DNA of 63,922 nucleotides, filler included, from Reclinomonas americana ATCC 50394 (Eukaryota): NCBI GenBank assembly GCA_048213135.1. It is 24 parts of 24 records of this genome, joined end to end, with 100 filler letters (N's around TTAATTAATTAA, not from the genome) between each part and the next. Parts side by side here need not be neighbours in the genome. Positions count along the whole stretch, not along the records: positions 38,367 to 41,952 come from AFZH01020101.1; positions 42,053 to 45,187 come from AFZH01020102.1; positions 45,288 to 48,773 come from AFZH01020103.1; positions 48,874 to 50,904 come from AFZH01020104.1; positions 51,005 to 54,915 come from AFZH01020105.1; 19 more parts are not named here. One strand, 5' to 3'. Shown piece by piece: positions 39,019 to 51,598 of this stretch (position 1 is its first letter; each line of letters starts with the position of its first letter). The notes under the pieces were generated by a model. It saw only the letters and a program-made list of their open reading frames with translations, ran no database searches and was not told where the DNA came from. The position numbers and the translations under genes were made by a program.

Positions 39019-41090
39019 CTAGGAATGTGTGTTGGTAAAAAAGTGTCCGGAACGGAATTGAGGTCCACCACGTGACAGATTTTTAATCCAGTCATAATCC
39101 GGCAGTCGCCGGATGTGGTTGCTCGGCTCCTCGTCCACACACACTCGTGGATGTTTCTCAGTGCCGCTGGAGTGTGTTCGCCTGCCCTCCTTCTCCCTGA
39201 GAATGGCGGTGGTCCTGTCGAGTTTCAATCGAATTTGAGCATTTAGAAACCACTCGATGGTGTCGCTGCTGGTGGCCACTGGTGACAGGGGAGAGGGAGA
39301 GGAGGAGGAGTAGAAGAAGGTGGCGTCGTGGCGGTTGTGGCATGACGAGAGAACACACATGATCAACGATCTGACAACATGGCCCCACACAATCAACACA
39401 TTTACTGTGCCGACTGCGCTGGCGCCCCCCCACACACACTCACACTCCCTCCCATCCTACGTTCACACACCCACACACATTCTCCCTCCCTCATAACCAA
39501 ACACAAAATCACACGAAACACAAAACACACAGAAAAACAACAACACACACACACGCACTCCAAACTTTTCTTTCTACACACCATACACACTCATCAGCAG
39601 CCCCCACTCTCTACTACTCCTCTCCCCACCAAAAGGTCACTGACATATATTCTCCTGAGCGCTCCACATCCTCCAACTCATCCACAGGCTCCATACAATC
39701 GTCGCTCGCGAGCTCATTATGGCTAGGATTAATGCTGAGGAAGGCATAATCCGTCATGGCCAACTGCTCAGCGGGGCGAATGCGTGGAAGTGGAGCCTCC
39801 ACGTGGTGCACAGGGATATCAGTCGCATTGTCAGCGAACTCAGGAGGATCGTCATCAGGACCAAAAGTAGAAAGAGTCGCGGTGGAACAGCAAGAGGGTG
39901 CCAACAGAGCGGCGGCGGAAGCAGAAGAGCCTTGAGAGCGCCCGGCATCGAAACCCAACAGACAATCACGTGTATCAAGCAAACGTGTTATCTGCTGGCG
40001 TCGACGCAGAGCGCCCCGCAGGAACCCCAATTCCACCACCGCCAGTCGGCGCAGACGACTGAGGCGTGAATGACATGAAGAGGAAAGGTAAAGAGTATGG
40101 CTTTCCTTAGCTCACAGCGACGAGAAAGAAGAAAAAACAAGCCAAACAGGACAATGCTGTCAATCACGCTCGATCGTTGCCGGAAACCACATCAACAGTG
40201 GTGTATGGCGGATTGCAATACATTTTCTGCCAGAAGATCGGCGAACCAACAAGACCACACGCGCCATGTGTAACACACACAGTGGTGGCCAGGACACAGA
40301 TCACAGATCACCCTCACACGCGAGGAAAACGCAAGTCTGACAACAACTTTGAATCTCTCTCGATATCCGGATCCCTCCTCACTGGCGCATGGCTCTCGGG
40401 AAGCTTTCACAAACTCCTCTCCAGCCTTGCAACAGCACAATGAGGCTTACTTTACTACCACACATCGGCCACACACTCACTAAATCTTTCTTTCGCCACA
40501 CAATAAAAGCCTCGAAACACACAATCACCACTCTCCACTGCATGAGCTCTACTCTTCCAACCGGGCCTCCGGGAAAAGGTCCGTCATTAAACGCTGCAGT
40601 TGCTCATGCGCACTGGTAGAAAACTCAGAAGGGGGATTGTCGCGAGGCGCGTTAACAGAACCACGCGGAAGAGCATTAGCAATCGAATCGTGCTCCACCC
40701 GCAGGCCCCGACAACGCCGAAGGTCCAGACATGGCAAGAGGAGAAAAGTGAGAGGGAAGGCGGAGGGAGAGGAGGTTCGCTCACGGACGGAGAGGGAAAA
40801 GAGGAGTGAGAGCCAATGAGGAGGATACGACAAATATGGTCAAGAGTGGCAGCGTCTGGTCGGATTTGTCGTGTACCTCTTTCCCACCGCCACACGATCA
40901 ACTCCGGGGTACGCGCTGCTGCTGAGTGCCGCACTGCTGTCGTGTGCAAGAGGGAGACACGGAGATGGCAGGGCGACTGAAAGAGACACTCAAATCTCGC
41001 AAGAAAATGACGAATCTGACAACTCGAACGAGACCAGCGGAGACGGAGAGGCAGTGAGCAAGAAGACAGGCGTGAGTGTGATCGACGACT
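39019..41090 (-). CDS. Hypothetical multi-exon protein
   Basis: Exon-like open stretches at about 40555-40725, 39635-40065 and 39019-39278, separated by intron-like tracts; no family recognised. Confidence 0.3.
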
Positions 41091-41538
41091 GGTGATCGCT
41101 TCTGTGCGTTGGGAATGCGTGATCAACGAATGTGCGACAGAAAAGGAAATTATTATTCACAATCGTCCAACTCTCTCATGATCAGTCTCTCACTCTATAT
41201 TTCCTGTCAACACAGAAGGCAAGCAAGTATGCATGCGCGTGTACAGGTGTGGTCGCATCACGGCGATAAATGGCTGCAGCTCACTGCTCACGCTGAGAGT
41301 GTGCACTCTGACAAGTGCAACCGGTCGCGATGACGTTCGATCGATATCTCTCTCGGTCTCCCCCACTCTACCACCAAACACTGAGTGACTGACTGCGATA
41401 GAAGAAGGTGCGTGCGTCACAACGATCAATGATGTGCTGCTCACTGCCACACTGCGAATGATCAACGCGAACTGGCAACAAACCTCAGCCAGTTTCGAAT
41501 TCGTCCTTGAGCTCTCACTTTCTCGCCCAGTAGAGATA

Positions 41539-41575
<37 letters not shown>

Positions 41576-42578
41576 CCAACGCACAAGTGTGGACGCATGA
41601 CGACGATCAGAGACAGACTCTCGACCTCTCACGAGCGATCAGACAACAACCAACTTGGACTCACACTCTCTCTCTCTCCTCCCCATCTCGGCAGTGAGGC
41701 AGGGGCACACGAGCACATCCCTAGGTGCACCACGCTAATCAATGACTTGATCTCCCTGCTCACGCTGGGCCGGTGTGCACTGCTATCTGCACTGCACGTT
41801 GCCTCTCTTGCTCTTTCGAATTCTCACTCTCTGGCTTCTCACGACTGTCTCTCCTCACGCCTGGCCCACTATACCTCGTACACCCACCCACCCACTCTCC
41901 CTCCCTCCCTCCCTCTCTCCCACAAAGACAACAACAAAGAAAGGGGGGGTGGNNNNNNNNNNNNNNNNNNNNNNNNNNNNNNNNNNNNNNNNNNNNTTAA
42001 TTAATTAANNNNNNNNNNNNNNNNNNNNNNNNNNNNNNNNNNNNNNNNNNNNTCCTCCTCCTCCTCCTCCTCCTCCTCCTCCTCCTCCTCCTCCTCCTCC
42101 TTATTCCCCTCCTCCTCCTCCTCCTTGTTCTTCTTCTTCTTCTTCTTCTCCGTGGTCCCATTGCTTCTCCACCTCCTTCATCTTCTTCCACCTTCACCTT
42201 ATTCATCTTCTCTTCCTTCTCCTTGTTGTTCTTCTTCTTCTTCTTCCACCTTCTCCTTCTTCCTCCACCCCCTCCAATCCCTGCTTTATCCTCCACCTGC
42301 TGCCACCACTCCTTCTTCCCCGTCTTTTCCCATCACTTCTGCCTCCATCCCCTTCTTCTTTCTTTCTTCTCCTCCTTCTCCCTCTCATTCTTCTCCCTCT
42401 CCTTCTCCTTCTTCTTCTCCTCCTCCTTGCTCTCCACCGCCTTCACATGCGGCTCCTTCACTTGTTCCTCTTGCATTTTCTCGACATGTGTCAGCAGCCC
42501 TCGTTCCTTTCCGCTTGTCCTTCTTCCCCTCCTCCTTTGCCTCCCCTCACTTCCCCCTTTCCCCTTTCCCCCTCCCAG

Positions 42579-45328
42579 GTCCCCCTCTGGGCCAACCGCA
42601 CCGAGACCGAAGCCGACTCCACCAACGGCCGCCTCGTGGCCGTGCCCGCCGACACCCTCCTCGACAACTTTGCCAGTCGAACAAACCCCACCGACAAGGT
42701 CTTTTCCTCTCCTCCCTTCCCCTCTCACTCCGCTCACCCATCTCTTTCGCACACAGGTCCTGGTGGTCGCCGGCTGGTCCGGTGGTGGCAAATCGGTGCT
42801 GCTGCGACAGTTCACCGCACGCCTCACGCAGCGACCGGACACCCTGGTGCTGTCGGCGCGGCTGCCTGGCATTCCCGAGCGTGTGCTGCGCACCGCCGAC
42901 AAGTTGATGCCGTATCTGTTGCAGGAGAGCAACATGACGGTGACGGATGAAGCGCTGCACCTCACAGAGGATGAGGTGCGACTCGTGCTCTATTATTTCC
43001 ACTCCATTCTCTCTCCCCACCCTTGTCTCCACAGCTCCGCTCCATCGGCACCGTGGTCCTCGTTCTCGACGGCTACGACGAATGCGGCGACGCCATCGAC
43101 AATCTCTACGTGACGCACGGCCTCGATGTTCCGTTCCCCATCCGTCATACCTCCTTCTGTACGTCACTCACTCACTCCCCGTTCAGGCGTGGCACAACGT
43201 GCTGCTCGTCGTGTCCGTGCGACGCGAGTACATTAGTCGCATCGGCAACTTTTGGGCCGAGCAATGCTTTGTTCCCGTGAATCCACGCGCGGCGCGACAG
43301 CAACTGGGTATGCAGCCGGAACGCACACTTGCACGATGCATGCTGCGCCTGTTTGCGCTCGAGGACATTGATTTGTTCTTGCAAAAGTTCCGTCGCCCGG
43401 CATCACAGTAGTGCAGCGGCGATTTCCAACTCTCATCCCCTCCCCCGCAGATTCGTCGAGTCAAAGTCGGCCGGTAGCCGCGGCAGCGGTCCATGGACGC
43501 AGTATCGCGAGCAGATTGACCACATTCCTGGCCTCATCGACCTGGCGGCATCGGTGCGTCTGCTCGTGCATGCGTCTCGTTGACGATGCTGCGCTCACTA
43601 TGCGCAGCCCATCATGCTCAATATGATTGTGCTGGTGATGGAGGAGCTGCGGCGATTGGACGCCAGTCTGTGCCGCGTGACGCGGTCGCGTCTGTACGAG
43701 GCCTTTGCGAAGCACAAGGTGGCGTGGGAGATCGAACATCATCAGAGGGACATTGTCAAGGTGAGGCGGGAGAGGGAAGGGAGGAGGAGGAGGAGGGTGG
43801 AAGAGAGGAACAAGGAGATGCAGAATAACAAAGAAACAGAGCAACGGAGAAAGAGAGGCCCCGCTCATTATCAATTCCTCCAGTCTCTATCTTGCTTCAA
43901 CTTCCTGACGCAGCCCACCGTCATTCTTATCATTTCCACGCCTTTCACCTTCTCTGCAATATCGCAAACTTCTCGGCTCGTTCTTGCTTCAGCTCGCCAT
44001 CGCTGAGTCGGTTCAGCTGCACTCTCTTTTCCACCTGTCTCCACGCATCTTTCTCATGCTTCATTCATTCTCCACCTCTGTTTTCTCTCCTCCCATCTTC
44101 CCTACCCCTTCCACGTTTGCTCGTCCTCCCCTTTACGCTTTCTCTCTCTCCTCCGTCCACTTCCCCTTTCTCTTCCCCTTCTCCTCCCCCCACTTCTCTC
44201 TTTCCTTTCCCTTTCGCCCCCCTTCCCCCCTCTCTCTTCCCCTTTCCTTTCCTCTCTCCCTCTCCTTCCTCCCCTTTACGCTTTCTCTCTCTCCTCCATC
44301 CACTTTCCCTTTCTCTTCCCCTTCTCCTCTCCCCACTCCTCTCGCCTCTCCCTCCATCATGTCCTACTTCTCTCTTTCCTTTCCCTTTCGCCCCCTTCCC
44401 CGTCTCTCTTCCCCTTTCCTTCCTCTCTCCCTCTCCCACTCCCCTTCACGCTTTCTCTCTCTCCTCCATCCACTTCCCCTTTCTCTTCCCCTTCTCCTCT
44501 CCCCACTCCTCTCGCCTCTCCCTCCATCATGTCCTACTTCTCCCTTTCCTTTCCCTTTCGCCCCCTCCCCCTTCCCCCCTCCCCCTTTCCCTCATCTCTC
44601 CCTCTCCCCCTCCCCTTTACGCTTTCTCTCTCTCCTCCACCCACTTCCCCTTTCTCTTCCCCTTCTCCTCTCCCCACTTCTCTCTTTCCTTTCCCTTTCG
44701 CCCCTCCTATCCCCCTCTCTTCCCCTTTCCTTTTCCTTTCGCCCCCTCCCCCTTCCCCTCATCTCTCCCTTTCCCTCATCTCTCCCCCTCACTTCCCCCT
44801 TCCCCTTCCCGCAGTACCTCGGCGACGACGAAGCGCAACACTTCCCCTTCCGCGTTCGCGACCTGAGTGCAGAAGTTGCCGGTGGCATGATGCGGCACTC
44901 CCTCACAGCCATCAAGCAAATGGGCGTGCGTGCCATTCACGCAAACTCCCGATTGTGTACCCGTGTGTGTGTGTGGTACTTAAAAAATCACACCGTGCAG
45001 AATCGCGAGCGTCGACGACCGGCAGGCGACAGTCACGATGGCGGCGGCGGCGGCGATGAGGCGGAGCGGCACCTGTGGGAGACGTGGTTTGGTCGCGACG
45101 ATGCGCAGCAAAACGTCGTGATCCGTGCAGTTGCGTTCTTTGTATTTCTTCTCCGTGTGCCTGCGGTCAGCTCATTTCCTCTTTCAANNNNNNNNNNNNN
45201 NNNNNNNNNNNNNNNNNNNNNNNNNNNNNNNTTAATTAATTAANNNNNNNNNNNNNNNNNNNNNNNNNNNNNNNNNNNNNNNNNNNNACGGTACGGTACG
45301 GTACGTACGTACTCTCCTCCTCCTCCTC

Positions 45329-45377
<49 letters not shown>

Positions 45378-47659
45378 AATCCATCGTCACGCTGTCCCTT
45401 TCTTTGTAGGGCCTCAACTCGGTCCTCTCATTCGCCGCCGAGCACGTGCGACTCGACACCACGTTGCAGAGTGCGCTGTGGCACGTCATTGAGCTGTCGC
45501 GAAGGCGCACACCGGCGAACGAGTCGGTGTTGTCGGTGGTGTCGGCCAGCGCCGCCAGTGTCTTGTGCGCCGCTGGAGTGCCGTTCAGTGCGCGCGATCT
45601 CAGCAACTGCTCGCTGGTCGGCGCCGATTTGCGTGATGCAGTGATGCACAAGACGGTGCTCTGCGACGCCGACCTGCGCAATGTCAATCTGCTCTCGGCG
45701 TACTGCTCAGAGGCCGATGTTGGCGGCGCCAACTTGACGGGTGCTCGCTTGCCGCGAGGGGAAATCGACTACTTTAACTACTCGCTTAACTCTGTCGTCG
45801 TGTCGCCGGACAATCGGCTCATTGTTGCCAGCTGCCTGGATGGCTATGCGTACGTGTTCGCGCTGCAAGATGGCAAGCGACTCGTGATGTACGAAAAGCA
45901 TCGTGCCGAGGGCGACGGAGCCACGTGTGTCGCCGTCACACCTGACGGCGAGCGAGTGGTCAGCTTGTCGCGGCAGCTGAATGTTCACGTGTGGCACTCG
46001 GCCACTGGCGCACCAATACGAGCATTCCAGGTGCGCGGCAGCAAGCTGGCCGGCCAGAGCATGGCGCTGACCGCCGACGGCGAGTGCATGATCCTTGGCT
46101 TTACGCTGTGGTTGCTGGAGACGGGTGAGGTGGCGCATGCGGAGCGGTTTGCAGAGGTGCAAGAGCAAGAGTTGACGTGCATGAGCATCGTGCCTGGCAG
46201 TGCGCACATTGTTGCACTTGCCACTGACAGCACAGTGCGGGTGTGGGAGGTGGACACTGGTCGTGAAGTGCGTCGCGTGCACTGTGATGTGCCGGCCGGA
46301 TCAGGGGCGGTGACTGTCACTCGAGATCTGCGCTACGCAGTAATCTCGCACGCGGTCTTCTCCATGACCACTGGCGAGCTGGTGCGCAAGTTTGATGGTG
46401 TGTCCTTGATTGGCCTCTCGCCTGACAGCCAGCGGTTCGTGGCAACGCGCGGGCGCTCCATTCGTGTCTACGGTCTTGTCACGGGCGAAGAGTTGCGATG
46501 CTTTGTGGGGCACACTCGCTCTCTGGATGCGTGCTGCGTGTCGCCCGACGGTCAGTACATTATCAGCAGTGACGGTGGCCTCGAGGGCGACGAAGGCTCC
46601 TTCTTTGGAGCGATTCGCGTGTGGTCCACGGCGCAGGGTGACGAGATTCGGCGAGCGGTGTTCCCCGCGTTCGCGTCACTGGCCGTCACGCCAGACAGCC
46701 TGCATTTGGTCACGGGCGGCGACGACGACGTCGTGCGGGTGTGGTCGTGTGCCACTGGTGAGGAGGTGCGACGATTCCCCGGTGTCGGCGGCGAGGTGGC
46801 GTTGCTGCCAAAAGGGGCCGGCAGCCAGTGCACTCTGTGTGTCCTGAAACGGTGGCATAATGGTGGCGCGCTGTCGTTGTGGTCAATGGCCACGGGAGAG
46901 CAGCTGGGTTCGATTTCCTGCGACGGCGTGGTACTGGCGGTATCGCGTGATGGTCGCTTAGTGGCCACCGGCGGCGCACCGCCAGACTATGAGGTTTGCG
47001 TTTACGATGTCGCCGCCGATGATGGTGATGTTGACGGTGGTGGTGCCGGCGCTGGTGGCGAGCTGCTGCGGTTGCGGCACCGCATGAAGGAGCACAGGAA
47101 AACGGTCGAGATGGTGGACATTTCGCACGACGGCAAGTATGTCGTGAGTGCAGGAGGATACGATTGGCGAGCATTGGTGTGGTCGGTGGAGACGGGTGAG
47201 CTCGTGTGCACACTGGGTGACCGCGGTAGCCTTGTTATGGCCGCCGCTTTCACTCCCGACTCGCAATACGTGTACCTCGGCACGGCAAGTAGGTGGATGA
47301 ATGTGGAACGTTGGTCGGTGGCCTCCAAGAAGAGCGACGTGAAACTGAGTGGGCATACCGATACAACAACGACAGTGGCTGTCTCCAACGATGGAAAGTG
47401 GGTGGCCAGTGGCGGTGTCGACGGCTTCATGTCGGCAGTCTCGGTGGTGGATTCAGGGGCGCCGGCACTGTGTGTGAATGGTGGTCACACCATGACGGTC
47501 AGGGCCGTGTGCTTCTCGCCCGACAGTCGGCACATGTTCTCCTGCAGCGACGACGGCACCGTGTATGTGTGCGACATGGAGAAGCTGGTGGTGGAAAGAG
47601 TGCTTGGCGTGTACGCCGGCAACGGATGGAGCAGTGTTCGTTTGAAGAAGAACAAGTGA
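42579..47659 (+). CDS. NLR-like STAND protein: NACHT NTPase + pentapeptide repeats + WD40 repeats (N-terminus in the gap)
   Basis: Walker A VLVVAGWSGGGKS, Walker B VVLVLDGYDE, NLY, sensor-like LLVVSVRREY, PIML; then AASVLCAAGVPFSARDLSNCSLVGADLRDAVMHKTVLCDADLRNVNL pentapeptides and about a dozen WD40 repeats. Confidence 0.85.
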
Positions 47660-47890
47660 AGAAGAGATGATTCGGAGAGAAGAGATTGTGCAACAGAAAG
47701 ACATGGGGAGAGAATAGAGTGTGGAAAAATATTCTTGAAGTGAAAGGTAAAATATGCGCATGCAAGAGGAGACTGGATATGCAATGAGGGAAATAGCTTC
47801 ATCGAGAGAAAGAAAAGGGAATAGAAGGCACAAGGGCTGGTATTTTGAGTGCACGAGACGTGTGAATGATTCCACACATTGTACATCATT

Positions 47891-49385
47891 TTAATCACGA
47901 AGAAGGAACGGAAACTCGGGGTCGCTCTCGGGCACAGGGTCCGGATACAACAGGTTGAGGTCGTCGTCGCCGTCGTCGTCCCGGAGGTAGCCACTTGAGT
48001 ACACAGGAACGGCGGCTGACGCAAACGGTTCAGGATCCACTTTCTGGTCAGCCTGCGAGGAAGCAGGCGACGGAGCCGGCCAAAGCAGGGCCTCTGTCGG
48101 CAGATACGGAGGCTCCACCTGCGACCAAAGTGGAGGCGACGACGGTACTGGAGTGGGTGTGGGAGCGTTCGAGACAGGAGGATACGGCGCCGCCGACACC
48201 GGCACACTGAACGATGGGACCACGGGGACTGGATGCACCGGGATGTAGAATGATGGTGGTGGTGGCGGCGGCTGCGGCACGTACGGACCCAGCCAGCTGC
48301 TCGGCATCGGCACCGAAGGAGGAGGAGGTGGCGGTGGTGGCGGTGGCGGCAGGTGCATTGAATGCTGCGGCTGCACAGGATTCACCGGGAAATACGCACA
48401 CTGTGGTCCAGCCGCGGGGTACATCGGTGGTGGTGTCGTCGGCTGCCGCTTCTGCAGATGCTCCCACGACAGTCCACGGCTGGCTGCGAACTTGTACATG
48501 TCAACCGTGGACAGCTCCTGGTAGACAAAGGTGCCGGTACCAGCAAGCGACGACGACGATGATGATGATGATGATGATGTGGGAATGGGGGAAGAAGGCG
48601 ACGAGGCGCTTGAAGAAGACGTCGTGGTGGTGGTGGTGGTGGTGGACGAAGAGGATGGCGAGAAGGCGTGCTCGTGGGACGGCGCATCGGGTAGTGCGGC
48701 GGTCGGCAGAGCAGAAGCTGGCAGAAGGTGAGAGGTATCGAAAGACGATTGTGTGTATCTCGGGGGCAGCGCGNNNNNNNNNNNNNNNNNNNNNNNNNNN
48801 NNNNNNNNNNNNNNNNNTTAATTAATTAANNNNNNNNNNNNNNNNNNNNNNNNNNNNNNNNNNNNNNNNNNNNGAAGAAGAAGAAGAAGAAGAAGAAGAA
48901 GAAGAAGAAGAAGAAGAAGAAGAACAAGAAGAAGAAGAAGAAGAAGAAGAAGAAGAAGAAGAACAAGAAGAAGAAGAACAAGAACAAGAAGAAGAAGAAG
49001 AAGAACAAGGATAGCAGAAGGAGAAGAAGGAGGAGGAGAAGAAGAAGAAGAGCGAGGATAGCACAAGGAGGAGAAGGAGGAGGACAAGAAGGTGGAGGAA
49101 AAGAAGATCTAGAATGATAGTGTGCTATATTTGTCTTTTCTATCTCTTCTCTCTCGTGTGTGTGCGTGTCTGGACAGAAGACGTCACCAGTGCGCGGCTG
49201 ATCTCGTTTCCTTCGTCGCGAAGGTCACGGCGAGGGGCGCGCACACCGGCGCCCACTCGCGCGTGCACACGCCGGCCGACCGCAGGAGACACGTCCCTCG
49301 AGGACACGTACTTGCGGTGGAAGACCCGCGCCAAGCGGCGAACCACCTCGTTGCGCCCCGCGCCGGCGGTGGCGTCAAACGACAT
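47891..49385 (-). CDS. Unknown tandem-family protein, copy A (exon 1 at 49385-49188; S/T/P-rich tail at 48773-47891)
   Basis: Starts MSFDATAGAGRNEVVR and ends DDDLNLLYPDPVPESDPEFPFLLRD*; paralogous to copy B, with frame-preserving indels. Confidence 0.7.
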
Positions 49386-49617
49386 TTTGCTTCGTGGGGG
49401 AAAGTGTGTTGGCCGTCGCTCTCAAAGGGTTGAAAAAGGAACAAATTGGAACTTGTTGTCGGATTGTCGGGTTTCTTAATGTCCGCCGGAATGCAAGGTC
49501 TGGCGTGAGTGTTTCACATGAAACTGAAACTCGGGGTCGCTCTCGGGCACAGGGTCCGGATACAACAGTCGAACTGGGGAAGCCCCTGGAGGTTGGTTCC
49601 ACACATTGTACATCGTT

Positions 49618-51271
49618 TTAATCACGAAGAAGGAACGGAAACTCGGGGTCGCTCTGGGGCACAGGGTCCGGATACAGGTTGAGGTCGTCGTCGTCGTCGA
49701 ACTGGGGGACGCCACTGGAGTACACAGGCTCTGCAGCTGCTGCTGACGCCGATGGTTCAGGATCCGCTTCAGCCTGCGGGGAAGCTGGCGCTAGCGCTGG
49801 AGCCAGCCAAAGCAGGGCCTCTGTTGCCATATACGGCGGCTCCAACTGTGACCAAAGAAGGGGCGACGGCGGTGCTGGAATGGGTGTGGGGGTGTTCGGC
49901 GCAGGAGGATACGGCGACTCCGACACCGGCACAACAAACGAGGGGACCAGGACTGGCTGCACCGGGTTGTAGAATGATGATGGTGGTGGTGGTGGTGGTG
50001 GCTGCGGCATCTGCGGACGTCGACCCAGCCAGCTGCTCGGCGTCTGAGGAGGTGGTGGTGGTGGCGGCAGGTGCATTGAATGCTGCGGCTGCACAGGATT
50101 CACCGGGACATACGCACACTGCGGTCCAGGTGCGGGGTAAATCGGCGGTGGTGTTGGCGGTGGCCGCTTCTGAAGATGATCCCACGACAGTCCACGGCTG
50201 GCTGCGTACTTGTACATCTCAACCTTGGATATCGGGTTCAGCGGATGCAGAATGCAGACGCCTATGCTGGCAATCGACGACGATGATGATGATGACGATG
50301 ATGTGGGAATGGGGGAAGAAGGCGACGAGGCGCTTGAAGAAGACGTCGTGGTGGTGGTGGTGGACGAAGAGGATGGCGAGAAGGCGTGCTCGTGGGACGG
50401 CGCATCGGGTAGTGCGGCGACCGGCAGAGCAGAAGCTGGCGGAAGGTAAGAGGTATCGAAAGACGATTGTGTGAATCTTGGTGGCGATGCAATTACAAGT
50501 CAACATTGTTGTGCATCGCGAACTGAGATCCACTCATCGCCTCCGATCCCCCTTGCTCCCTCAGCTCCTGCTCAGCGGCCTCCACTTCCGAGCGCGGCAA
50601 GTAGCGCAGACAGCGGTTGGGAAGCTCCGTCGCCAGGAACTCCTTCCAGTCCGCAGGTGTCAACGCTTTGCCAGTCTGCAAAGGGAAAGGGGGAAAGGGG
50701 AAGAGAGATGAGAAGAAGAATGGCAGACAGGGAGGAGGAGGAGGAGGAGGAGGAGGAGGAGGAGGAGGAGGAGGAGGAGGAAGAAGAAGAAGAAGAAGAA
50801 GAAGAATATAAGAAGAAGAAGACGTGTCGTACGTACGTACACGTCGTCGTCGTACGACGACGACGACGACGACGACGTCGTCGTCCGTCGACGTACGGTA
50901 CCGGNNNNNNNNNNNNNNNNNNNNNNNNNNNNNNNNNNNNNNNNNNNNTTAATTAATTAANNNNNNNNNNNNNNNNNNNNNNNNNNNNNNNNNNNNNNNN
51001 NNNNTCATGTATCAGTCCTCTTCTCTCTCTTGTGTGTGTGTGTGTGTTGGGGGGGGGGGTTAGAAGACGTCACCAGTGCGCGGCTGATCTCGTTGGCTTC
51101 ATCGCGAAGGTCACGGCGAGGGACACGCACACCGGCGCCCACTCTCGTGTGCACAAGCCGGCTGACCGCAGGAGAAACGCGCTTGGAGGACACGTACTTT
51201 CTGCGGAGGGCCTGTGCGATTTGGCGAACCACCTCGTTGCGCCCCGCGCCGGCGGTGGCGTCAAACGACAT
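49618..51271 (-). CDS. Unknown tandem-family protein, copy B
   Basis: Exon 1 MSFDATAGAGRNEVVRQ...EISRAL; exon TGKALTPADWKEFLATELPNRCLRYLPRSEVEAAEQEL starting at 50675; P-rich tail ending DPEFPFLLRD*. Confidence 0.7.
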
Positions 51272-51598
51272 TTTGCTTCGTGGGGGGAAGTGTTTGTCTT
51301 CGCTCTCAAGTGACAGAAAATAGAACAAATTCGAGCTTGTTGTCGGATTGTCGGGTTTTCTAGCCGCCAGTTGGCGTGAGAAACGAATCACATCTGAAAG
51401 ATAAAGGAAACTCGGAGTCGCTCTCCGGCGTGCAAGTGCAGAGCGCCTGGGGCCGGAAAGGCCTCAATTCAATTTGAAGTCTGGCGTAAAATCCTGTCTG
51501 ACACGACAATAACCCGGCCTGCAGCCACTACATAACGCACCGGTTGCGGCATCGACCCTTCTTGCCTTCTTTCTTTAATGATTATTAACATACGCTAC

